DNA of 20,000 nt. Origin: Mesotaenium endlicherianum. Lineage: Eukaryota. Position numbers and translations under genes: made by a program. The notes below the pieces were generated by a model. The model was not told the DNA's origin. It saw only the letters and a program-made list of their open reading frames with translations, and made no database searches. Shown piece after piece: positions 9,209 to 19,466 of the stretch; position 1 is the stretch's first letter, and each line of letters starts with the position of its first letter. The stretch covers positions 44,077 to 64,076 of the forward strand of contig WELA01002782.1 of the NCBI GenBank assembly GCA_009602735.1. The letters run 5' to 3'.

Positions 9209-11489
9209 GCGGCTCCCAAATGCTCCCAAATGTTGGCTAATGCTGGCCTGATGATACTGGCAGTCATTCCGCCGTTTCGAACTGTTTCGAACAGTTAATA
9301 GATGGTTCGAAGTAGCACGTTAGCGATCAATTGGCAATCATTTGGCTCGGCACTGACAGGCTGCGAAAAGCTGCGACGTTGTAACCTCAAAAGCTATTGC
9401 ACCAAAATGCATTGACCATTTTCTTCATCTCGCATGGAGTTGAACTTCGCCCGCACCTGCTTTCTCGGAACCTCGCTGCATTCTTCTTGAAGTAACATAT
9501 TTGTGGCACACTCCAAGCAATTTTTGAATTATGCCGCATTCTAGGCAGGTGTATTTTCGTCGCTGTGATTCCTCGTGCTCCAGCTTCTCCTAGGAAAATG
9601 CCTTTCGAAGCCTGTGTGCACAATTCTCTCTACAATTTCTCCTCTCGTAGCAGTAAGCTTATGCTCTTACACTGGTAGTGCATGTCTGTGTATATCTTGA
9701 AATTTGAAGTGCACTCATATCCTCCAGTTTCCGTGTTCAGTATCGCCCTATCTGCCATGTGCACCGATTGGCAGTGATTTTTCTATCAGCTGGTTTGTCC
9801 TCTAGTCTATCTGCTCGCCAGTGCGACCCTCGTGTTCTTGCTTCGTATTCATACACGCAATGCAACGCCACGGCTGAGTCAAGCACAGCAAGACGCAGTT
9901 GATTTGCAGTATTCATGCACGCTTTCTTCGTCAATCTATGGCCTATATAATAACGCATCATGGATTATTAGAGAGCTGACTTACAATTATTTGCACGGTT
10001 GTTTGCACGAAGAATATGTTGATAGTAAGAAGCAGGGTGATATGAATGCTCACTATGACAAGAAAATTCTATCTTCTCAGACACAACTTAGAAGATACTG
10101 TGGATCACAGTTAACAGAGATTTATCTCAACCTCATCAACCAGCTTGCTCGAATCTGCTGACAAAAGCAATATGAACGTCAACAACATCGGATAGTGAGA
10201 ACATTCAACTATGCTGCTTCCTTCAGAAGTCTTTCACGAGGTAAATTCATTGGAAGGCTTGCAGCTCGGGAAAATAGCAACATAAGCATGCGAGACTGTG
10301 CCACTATTTTCTTACAATTCACTTGTGAGTGGTGCAACAAGTACAAGTTCCTCGTTTTCCAAGTAGCGGATGTAGAGTATGAAAGTGGATGCACGTGCTC
10401 TCATGTGCAGAGCTACGTGCCAGAGGTGATTAGGAGCCCCACGAAGAGCCGTCTCACACTGTCTGAATTGTCAGGAGGATAGTTCTCACCTTTGTCGAGC
10501 ACTTGACAAGCTAAGCAAGCAAGTTCCAGGGCGAGGTTGAACCAGGGGGGCTGTCCGCAGCAGCAGCACTTGAGCAATGGGGATAGAAATGCGAAGTTTG
10601 AGGGAAATGGACCCTCGTAAGACTTCTGTTCTAGAAGAGGCGCATGCTTTTGATGCCAGGATGCAGTATCTGGGAGACGGAGAACCTGGTAGATGTCTCT
10701 TGGGATTTGTTAAACATTTCAATTTCATGACCTTTCATGCTCTTCCAGGAAGGCTGCCAGGCTTGCACCCGCGCTGCCAGGTGCCTGCACGAGGGACAAG
10801 TTGAAGGTAGGGCCGTTCCTGAGGCTAGGCCGTCACATGGCGGCCATGCACGCTGTCACAGAACGCCAGCAAACCACGTGCAGTTGCAGAATTATTCAGG
10901 CGAGATGTCTTGCGGAGATCTGATTCAGAGCTCTAGAGTGTCAGTTGTGCGATGGAAGTATTCAACTGTGAGAGGGTGTCTCATCACGACACACGGGTGG
11001 ACCGGAGCTTCAGTGCTCTCAGAAAAGCTTGTGGAGTAAGGCTGTAGCTCAAATCAGCTCGTAAAAGGCTCACAGCTTGCAGGAGCTCTGGGCCGCTCGC
11101 TGGACACGTGGCAGGCAGGCCTACTCTCTCTTCTGGCCCCACGCGCACAATAGTCCCCACCCTTCAGCACTTCGATCTTGAAGACTCGAGGGGGGGGGGT
11201 TGTGCCCAGCAGCTTCGTGCGAGACCTGCGCTGTCAAGGCGATAGAGAAGCGGCAAGCCCCCTGCTCCACCGGCTCCTCCCTTCAACGCCAGCCTGGACC
11301 TTCAGGCCTCTGCAGCCCAAGAGCGTGCAAGAGTGCAGAGCCCTGCGTGGAGCCCAGGTGCGCCTGAGTCGTGACTGTGCATGGTGCTCTACCGGGCTGG
11401 GCTCCGAGTGGCGGGCGGCATGGCGGGCAGGCAGGGAGAGGAGCATGCAGGGCCTCGCTCCACCAGAGGTAGGTCTCTCCAGCCTTAGA

Positions 11490-11830
11490 GCCAGAGGCAG
11501 AGCTGAGGGCGCTCTCTGCCGTGCCGCACGCAGTCCAGCAGCTCTGCTCCCATTGCGCACAGCCAGGGCCGAGCCAGCGAGCAGAGCCCGGAGCCAGAGC
11601 CAGAGCTGAGGGACAGGTACTGCTTCACGCGCACCTGAAGGCGTGCTCTGCTGCAGTCCAGCGGGTCTGCTTTCATTGCGCACGAACAGGGCCAAGCTCC
11701 GAAGCAGAACCCTAGGGGCCAGAGCCAGGGCCAGGGCCAGGGACAGGGCTGAGGGAGAGGAACTGCTTGTAGCTCAGCAGAAGGTGCGCGGTGGTGCAGT
11801 TCAGCGGCTCTGCTTCAACTGCGCACAGCG
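11490..11830. repeat. Three degenerate tandem units (~80-140 bp) separated by (GCCAGA/GCCAGG)n linkers
   Basis: The core gcagtYcagcRgStctgc...tgcgcac occurs near 11540, 11653 and 11796, each time preceded by gctgaggg. Confidence 0.8.
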
Positions 11831-11954
11831 TTGCCCCCTGCACGCACCCTTGCACCAGTGTAACTGTGCTCCTAGTGGCCGTAGACGGGTACTCAAAGGG
11901 CTAGGCCACGACTTCCTCCCTCCCTGCCTGCCTGCCTGCCTGCAGCTATTTCCC

Positions 11955-11996
11955 TTTTCTGATTTCTTCCTCCTCTTCCTCCTCCTCCTCCTCCTC
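11955..11996. repeat. (CCT)n / poly-Glu-type trinucleotide tract
   Basis: ttcttcctcctcttcctcctcctcctcctcctc; reads as GAG/GAA codons on the minus strand. Confidence 0.85.
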
Positions 11997-12282
11997 GGCC
12001 TCGACCTCCTTCCCCAGGTGATGCCAACGTCAGTGCTTGTGCTAAAAGTCCAGGCGAAAGGTCTTGCTTGCTGTAGACTATGGCAGCAACAGATGGGGCT
12101 GGCTGGTGCGGGGAGTGGCTGCACCGGGGCTTGAGTTACGCCTGGTGTTGACTGATTGGCGCCTGTCAGCTCCTAGGAGAGGTTCATCTACACTGCATCT
12201 GGTCATGATAGCTACAGAGGCATGCTCCCGGGGCAGGGCAGCACATATAGTAGATATTGAATCTGCCAATAAACGTGGGGTG

Positions 12283-12540
12283 CTCTCCTTCTCTCTCTTG
12301 TGCTCTCCAACCCTCCCCCCTTCGCTCCCTCCCACGCTCCGTCACCTCCCCTCATTTCCCCCCTCCCTCGCTTTCCTCCCTCGCCTGCTCGCTCCCTTCC
12401 TCCCTCACTTGCTCGCTCGCGCGCCCGCTCCTGCGCTCCCAAGCTCCTTGCTCCAGCCTTCCTGCTGTGCCCCTCTCCCGCTCCCCCTCCATCTGTCCAC
12501 CCCTGCTGCATCCGTCCGTCTGACTGTCTGGCTCTCTGTG
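12283..12540. repeat. Pyrimidine-rich low-complexity tract
   Basis: C/T-dominated sequence with ccct, ctcg and ctgt micro-repeats. Confidence 0.8.
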
Positions 12541-12813
12541 CGGGACTGCAAGCGCATTGTGACCAGCAATCAACGAGGGGGTCTCCTACCTCCCCGGGCT
12601 TTGGCATCATCCGAGCGTGCTGCAATCCAGTGCCGGCCAAGAGGCGGGTTGGGTATCTGGTGTGGGGGCTGCTGGTTTGTTATCTGTCCACTGGCTGTCG
12701 ACGTGTACTCTTGAGTCTCGTGTTTCATTTTCTCACATCGACTCCAAGTTTGAAGCAGACCCTGTGGCCCCTGGGGACGCCAGAGCATGCGTGAACATGT
12801 GCTGGCATGCTTT

Positions 12814-12876
12814 GGGGGGGGGGGGGGGNNNNNNNNNNNNNNNNNNNNNNNNNNNNNNNNGGGGGGGGGGGGGGGG
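12814..12876. other. Assembly gap (32 N, 12829-12860) flanked by poly-G runs
   Basis: G15-N32-G16 seen directly; a further single N at 13272 also follows a G run. Confidence 0.98.
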
Positions 12877-13537
12877 TCAGGCGGCTCATTGTCGTGAAAG
12901 CACGTGCTGGTCAGACAGCACGCTGGATTTGGGCGGCCGTGCATTGGCAGAAGCAGAGCAGGCGTGGGGCGAGTGGAGTGTGCTGTCCTGTCCCGGGCAT
13001 TGGAGATGAGCAGCCGCAGTGGTGCGAGGAGGAGGAGTACCACCTCTGACTATGAGGACGAGGACCTGGCGTCTCTGCAACTTCGCATGAGCGCAGAGCA
13101 GACAAGGCACACGCGTGTCGCCAGGTGGCATTCTGGTCCTGCAGGGCAACAGGCAGCAAGGACAGAGAAGCAGATATGCGGCCTCCGGCTCTTATTTCGT
13201 GAGAGGCTGGGTCGGGGCATCAGCAGAACACAGATATCCAAGGGGGAGGGGGAAGGGTTGGTGGGGGGGATNTGCGGGCCCCATTTTGGTTTGCACAGGG
13301 CAGCACTTGGCTGGACTTGCAAGCAATAGAGGCGCACACAAAGTGGGCAGGGGGCCATCATAGCCCACAGCTAGGTTGGCGGCAACCTCAGCCTCAGTGC
13401 CTCGGCCCCTCAGCGTCTCAGGGACCTTTCCAGATAGCGTTGGAGTCGACTCCAGCTTGGCAGGGGGCGCACTTCGGCATCATGCGGTCTCGACCAGGTG
13501 TTGCTGACTGGCCGGAATGACCCATAAGCCAATTAAG

Positions 13538-13652
13538 TCTCTCTCTCTTCTACCCTCTCTCTCCCTCCCTCTCTCCCTCTCTCTCTCTCTCTCCCCCCTC
13601 CCCTGCCTCCCTCCCTCCCCTGCCTCCCTCTCCCTCTCCTTGTCCCTCTTCC
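13538..13652. repeat. (CT)n/(CCCT)n microsatellite
   Basis: Directly visible ctctctct/ccctccct tract. Confidence 0.9.
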
Positions 13653-13818
13653 CACATGCTTGTGCTTATTCATGGATGCTGTGTGAAAGCAATAAGTTAT
13701 ACATGTCATTTTAAGCAACATGACATATGTACTCATTAATGCGTGAAATATACATTGATTGGTCCTGGTAATGACACAGCTTTGCTTTCACTAATCACAA
13801 AACATTGAATCTCTTGTC

Positions 13819-13996
13819 TCTTAGCTTCTCTGTCTGCCATAGTTTGCTAACTCGCTTGATCAGGACGCTGGCTTGTTAGTTTCCTAGTCTCCTTAGTCTC
13901 TCTCTGTCATACTTAGCTGGAGCTATCTATTTAGGACTTGCTAGCCTTCTAGTTCTTAGCTCCTCTTCCTGTGATACTTTGCAGGAGCTTAGTCTG
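13819..13996. repeat. Degenerate minisatellite, ~2.5-3 units of 63-72 bp
   Basis: Units start at 13819 (tcttagcttctctgtctgccatagtttgct), 13891 (ccttagtctctctctgtcatacttagctggagct) and 13954 (tcttagctcctcttcctgtgatactttgcaggagct). The first two share a downstream aggac...ttgYtag...ctagt block. Confidence 0.65.
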
Positions 13997-15101
13997 AATT
14001 CAGTGGCCTGGCGCTCTTCTAATCACGACAGCAGTTGCACTGTGCAGCTGAGTCTAATATGGAGATATCTTGCTTACAATCAAGTGGGTAGAAAGCGGTC
14101 GATGCCTCTCTCAGCTGATACTGCTGGGGGGTTCAGATTGCTCGTAGCATCTTGTAGACCGACATACGTTGAGGAGAAGTATCTGTCAGCAAGTTATAGC
14201 ATCTCAGTATCTTGACATTTATTGGCATTTGAAGTGACTGCTTCCCCCTTCCAGTCGGCTTACAAGTCCGCTTTCACGAGATCCCGTGTATGTCAAATGC
14301 GCTCCAATTAAACCAAAGGCGTGGGAGGGATCATGAATTCAAAGTGCATGTTTGCGGAATGATGTGCATTTCCACTGGTTAATTAAGAAAGAAAATATCA
14401 AAGCAGCTTGATATACTGCGTAAGTAAAAACTTGAGACTGTATGTCTGGCAATACAAGTGAAAGAGTAATAGAGGCTGGTGTTCATCATCACGAGCATTT
14501 ATACCTGACCATGAAAAACTATCTGCAGCAAAGACTTTGGGCAAAGAAAACACTCACAGCATGAGAAGGGCCTCACATAACTGAAGCTTACTTTACATGC
14601 TCTCTGGGTTAGTGTTCACATCCAAACATGTACCACGAAGCCCCCAGTGCACGTCCATGCCCCCACAAACGCAAACACGACTTATATGCAATCTCTGTTC
14701 TCTGGCTGGAAACAACACTGTACCAGAACTTGCACCAAAAAAATATCCTTCGTATGTGCGTTGTGGTCATGTCAGGTGGGCTGGCATTTTGTGACTTCGG
14801 ACGGAGGAATATACACAGATGCAGACAGCAGGTGCCGTCTTTTCTGGCATACTTCACACAAGGATGGAGTAAAAAATAACCATGCTTAACACAGGCGTCA
14901 AATGACTTGCTTGAAAGCAGCTGCCTCGCTCTCAAGCACTAGGCACTTATAATGTATTATTGCTGGAAAGAATGTACATGGGATTTTTTCCTGTCGATAT
15001 GTCAGAAACCAAAGAATGGTCGTAGTGGAAATGGTACACAAGATATACAAATAGACTACTCCTACGTTCTACTCAAACACGCTTCTCCCTGCAACTCTAT
15101 C

Positions 15102-17382
15102 CTATACCTGCTCGTCCCCAAAGAGCTCCTTCATGACACCGTTAGTGGAGATGAAGCGGTCTTCCCGACAGCGAGGACCCATCTCCAGAGCCTTCTCCCA
15201 CAGTTCAGAGACGCAGGGTTCACACGAAGTCAGAATTTCAGGTGAAGCAACCAAGTAGTCCAAGTGGCCACTTGGCATCTCCCCGAGAGCCCTCTCAGCT
15301 TCCCCAAGCATGCTCTTCTGGGACAGTTCAGAGAACGAAGCACTCCTGGTCGGGAAAGTGAGACCCCAGCCCGTCGAGTTCATCTTTCTCCGATGAAGCT
15401 CGCTCTCATCGTCAGTGTCTTCCATGTCAGTCTCGTCACCTCTCGGTTTAGCCTTCGCCTGATAGTCCAAGTGCAGAGTCACTGCAACTTTGTCACTGTG
15501 GGCATCTGCATCCACTACCTCTGCGTGGCCATCTATATGCAGTGTCTCATCGAGGCAACCTTCTTCCCTAGCAGGGGTGGCAATCTCTATTTCCTCCTCG
15601 AGAACATACTCGTCGTCCTCAACATCACTAAGCTCCCCTGCAACTACTCCATTTTCAAGAGTCCTACCATGATACTCTAAGACTTCGCCCTGTGGTCTAC
15701 CCAAATTCTCCTCATATTCACCTTCACTACCTGCACTCTCGTCGTCAAAGTACTCTATCTCATCGTCGTCAGAATCGACGTCAACATCAAACCTGTTCTG
15801 CGCAGCCCTTCGCCTGTACACAAATACGTTAAAGTAGTAGCTAACAATCTCCTTCATGCTGCGGCCAGGAAACGCATCCTTGACATGATGCCAGAAGTTC
15901 AACTTCCTCGACTGGGGGTAGACCCTCGTCAGGGTCAAGAACCTGTCTTCTTCATCATGGGTCCAGGAGTCAGAGACCTTTTCCCCCATTTCATGAAAGC
16001 CCCACTCTTCATAAGCTGGACCAAGCTCAGCCTCCAGCCTTTCATCGGCCTCCTGTACATGCAGCCGGGTGCAAGTCAAGGACCTGCGGTCCTCACAGCT
16101 ACACTCTTCTCGGCCTCTTCCCACTTCACGCATACCTGGTCTAACCCAGCCCTTGACGCTTTTCCCGCGTGGGGGCCAGACTTGGGTCCCCAACCACCTC
16201 TCCTCATTGTCAGAGTCATCGTCCTCCTCCACCCCATGGCGGTAGTGGTCACTTCTGAGAGCTTTCAGCGCTCGTACCTCTGGTAAGACAGCCTGGTGCT
16301 TGGGCCCCACGCGCACAGGAGGTTCGGACACAGAAGGTGAATATACTGTGGGCGAGGAAGGAAAAGTGTCGATAAATGACAGATTTGATGGTCGAGCAGG
16401 TGATACGAGGCCTCGCAGGTCTGCTCCACCAGACAAATAATGAGGCGGGGTAGAATCGCCATGATTTCGCAGGCGATCGGCACCTGACAGCTGTCGTGGC
16501 AGCTGCTGCGACCGTCCCTGCTATACACAAAATCAAGACACATCATCACCGGACTGCAGCTGCAGACTGAGCATGCTACTAATGTAAAAATTTTGAATGA
16601 GGTCTACAACCAATTAATACAACTTTAACATTCTGCAGCAAAAGTACTTCAATTCCAAGTACGCAGCAGAGTATCTTCTAAACAAGCTAAAGTAATGGAC
16701 AAAAATTAACCTGCGAGCTGGACTCTAAGAACACTCTTGGTCGCAATTCCTTTTCTCCTCCGGGTCGTCTTAATGCACGCAGCTTCTGTAGTCTGGAGAA
16801 GATTTCCAAATCCACATATGCATTGCCAGCATCTTTTTGTTCCTCAAAAGTCTTCAACCATGACTTGGGCTGCTTCGCGAGCTCTCTCAACCAATCCACG
16901 GCCTCTTCTATGCAGTCATGATGAGCCTCTCGAGCAGTAAAATCATTGTCGACTGGTTCACTATTAGTCTCTCTCAAACCATCCTCCCGTGCTCCTCTAC
17001 CATCATCGAAATGATGTCGAAGAGTAGCAAAAGGTCCTTCAGTATCTGCCAATACAACTTCAACATCGGTTGCATCCCCTTCAAAGGGGATTGCTAGCTT
17101 TCTACCATCCTCTATATGTGTCTCGATGTGTAAAGAAGGTCGAAACCTAGGGCTTGAATGAGCACTTTCAAATGGCAAGGAAATGGAATGAGTAAGAACA
17201 GGGGCTCCATCTTCAAGCGGACTGCAGGCTAAACCTAAGTTAATATCACTGCGAAGATCGACCCCTTCTCCTCCAGACAGCAAGTCGATACGTAAAAGCT
17301 TTCCTGGAGGAAGGCAAAGGTCGGAGGACTCTAGTGGCCTTTTCGGCTGGCTAACATCATCTGAAACCCTAATGGCTTCCAT
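15102..17382 (-). CDS. Plant ELM2/SANT(Myb-like) domain chromatin protein (C-terminal module of the plant ARID/ELM2 family), 2 exons, ~695 aa
   Basis: Exon 17382-16711 (ends CAG|gttaat) and exon 16517-15102 (tatagcag|GGA), phase 0, stop TAG at 15102. Family motifs: RVGPKHQAVLPE, WLGTQVWPP, GRGREECSCEDRRSLTCTRLHV, ELGPAYEEWGFHEMGEKVSDSWTHDEEDRF, NFWHHVKDAFPGRSMKEIVSYYFNVFVYRRRAAQNR, DVDSDDDE. No ARID domain recognised in these exons. Confidence 0.92.
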
Positions 17383-18572
17383 CTACGAAAACAAGATCCT
17401 ACAATGAAGAATGATAGTCAAACTAATCTAACACATAAAAAGTGCTCGATGGCCAAGCCAGTTGTACTTTGGAACCAATAATCCTCAGAAATGCATCAGA
17501 GAAATTAGAGGCAAGAGAGCGGCAGGATAACGCGTTCACATGCGCTCGGTTTCGTCTTCGAATTTCGGGCTAACTCTCGCGGCGGCTGCATCGAGCAGGT
17601 ATGAAGCCATAAGTAGGCGACGGGCTCGTTCGCAATAAAACGCGAGACCTCGTTCTCACGTAGTCAAGTTACACGAAAATCTGCTAGACGGGACTACTAA
17701 CAGAGGTGTCGTTCCACTTACTGTCACCCGCCATGGATGCACCTCGATGTACTTATGGAAGCAATGCATTTGCGTAACCATTTTGATTTTTGGAAAAAAT
17801 AATGTTATTTTGGAGATGTACATTTCACCGATTCGCGAGGATATCTAGAGCAATGCTGCGTAACCACAGCGTGACGCTGCGTGACATCCAAGTAACTTCG
17901 ACGACGAGGAGGCTGCAAATGTATTTCACACATATGCAATAAGCCTTACAGGCAGGGGATATACGATGTCAAAAATGTGTTATGGTTCTCGTCCACAACC
18001 GGGACGCCGTTGATTTCTGGACGTTTTCTCCAACCTGCTGAAAGTGGCTGAAAGCGTGTGACGAAGTGCACATCGATTCTTGCCAATTCTTGCCAAGCCA
18101 AACGTACAAATTGTACAACTATTGTAGCCAATGTAGCATACCTTCTAACGCGTGATAGAAGGCCACGTGTCCACATGCAGGCTGCACACTGTCACGACTC
18201 ACGTCCTTTCTTTACACGAACTCCGACTTCTCGAAGAATGTTGGACTTCCAAACATTCCTGGTTCGTTTCAGTGGGCATGCAGTGGTGACAACAACCTTC
18301 AAATGATGATGCCTGTCCAGGCCTCTCACTTAGATCGATATGTATGACGCTCGATGGAACTCCTATTATCCGAAGAATGACTCCGCAGAAAGTGATTCTG
18401 CCTGCTGTTACTTTGGAGTTGATAGTGAAGGGTGCTTGTATACATTCATTTTACTATTACAGTCAAATAGTGAAGAGTTCTTTTGACTTTGCACGTATAT
18501 AAATTTGTGAAGCTGGAGCCGTTTTCTCTTCTGTCGGGGCTCGTGGGGACGAGGCCTGCAGACGCGCTCAGT
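17383..18572. promoter_or_regulatory. Divergent intergenic region / probable bidirectional promoter between the ELM2 and kelch genes
   Basis: Head-to-head ATGs ~1.2 kb apart. Contains GCCACGTGTCC at 18162-18172 (reverse complement GGACACGTGGC, an ABRE/G-box) and a direct repeat agcaatgc..tgcgtaacca near 17760 and 17849. Confidence 0.5.
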
Positions 18573-19117
18573 ATGCGATGGGTGAAAGGTGGCGCGAATG
18601 ATTTCTCCGGAGTGGGCCCGTCTCCTAGAAGGTACAGGGGATTTGAAGATAACTTTGTCGAATGTCGGTTTTCTGTTTCAGCGTATAGATCACCATACTA
18701 ATCTGCAGGTATTGTAGCACTAAGTGTCCAGGCAAGTCCAGACAGCAATGTACGTGCATCGCAACCTTTTTCCTCTCCACATTCCTGCCAAGGCCCGCCT
18801 TTCACATGTGCTTTATGCGGCAGCAGGTTTCCTCTTCCAGAACGAGAATCAAATTGTCAGCAGGACTCGTCCTCCTCCCCTCCAGGCCTCTCCTTCAGGC
18901 CTTCCCTCCTGCCATTTCTCCCACATCTCTGAGTTTCTGGTGTTGAGCTGAACTGAACGGGGATGGCACGGTCGCATGGCGTGGCATGACATGGCATGAC
19001 GTGGCATGGTGGCGTGCAGTGGGCACACGGCTGTCAGCGTGGGCGGCGGCAAGCTGGTGGTGTTCGGGGGCCTGGTGGACAAGAAGTTTCTAAACGACGT
19101 CATCGTCCTCGACACTG
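18573..19117 (+). CDS. Kelch-repeat (galactose oxidase/kelch beta-propeller) protein, first two exons; continues beyond
   Basis: Exon 18573-18631 ([21 protein letters not shown]|gtacag) and exon 19020-19117 (gtgcag|T GGG CAC...ACT G|gtgggc) give [52 protein letters not shown]. This is a canonical kelch blade (PR.GH.A...VFGG...L.D...D) matching a conserved plant kelch protein N-terminus. Confidence 0.92.
18963..19015. repeat. (RTGRC)n pentamer repeat directly upstream of the kelch exon 2 acceptor
   Basis: atggc gtggc atgac atggc atgac gtggc atggt. Confidence 0.8.
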
Positions 19118-19184
19118 GTGGGCTCCCGTTGATCCCCCTTCCTCCCCTCTTCCTCCCTTGACCCCGCTCAAGTACTCCTTCATA

Positions 19185-19382
19185 GACACGCAGACGCACG
19201 CGCATGCGTAACATGCACAGATGCGCGCACGCACGCACACGCACACGCACGCACACGAGTCTGTGCAAACACACATGCACGCACAGGCGCACAAACACAC
19301 GCGCACGCATTTTCAGGCACAGACACTTACACGTGCACGCGTACGCACGCACGCACACTTGCACACACACGCATTTACACAT

Positions 19383-19466
<84 letters not shown>

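Larger units (their letters stand above)
10270..12060 (-). pseudogene. Decayed protein-coding sequence of unrecognised family (pseudogene or TE ORF remnant)
   Basis: Successive minus-strand frames read as protein, often with GC-ending codons, but are broken by stops and frameshifts: EVEAEEEEEEEEEEIRKGK*; CAVEAEPLNCTTAHLLLSYKQFLSLS; ELLQAVSLLRADLSYSLTPQAFLRALKLRSTRVS**DTLSQLNTSIAQLTL*SSESDLRKTSRL (11100-10861); SLRNGPTFNLSLVQAPGSAGASLAAFLEEHE; and a 98-codon stop-free frame 10709-10416. Boundaries approximate. Confidence 0.45.

Noticed and set aside
9274..9312. TTCGAA repeats as heat-shock elements
   Set aside because: Spacing does not fit the nGAAnnTTCn pattern.
11102..11112. Second GGACACGTGGC ABRE-like motif
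   Set aside because: Lies within the decayed ORF far from any supported gene start, which shows the motif can occur without evident function.
11490..11830. Repeat-spacer pattern as a CRISPR-like array
   Set aside because: Units are long, degenerate and irregularly spaced; eukaryotic context and no cas genes.
12064..12794. Pro/Leu/Ser- and Gly/Arg/Glu-rich ORFs
   Set aside because: Explained by the pyrimidine-rich low-complexity tract; no recognisable domain.
13442..13455. Palindrome TGGAGTCGACTCCA as tRNA/SINE B-box
   Set aside because: No A-box, cloverleaf, tail or target-site duplication could be supported.
15264..16286. Plus-strand ORFs of 60-138 aa
   Set aside because: Antisense shadows of the ELM2/SANT coding exon.
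18303..18410. ATGATGA box C-like motif (possible C/D snoRNA)
   Set aside because: No box D CTGA or terminal stem found at a suitable distance.
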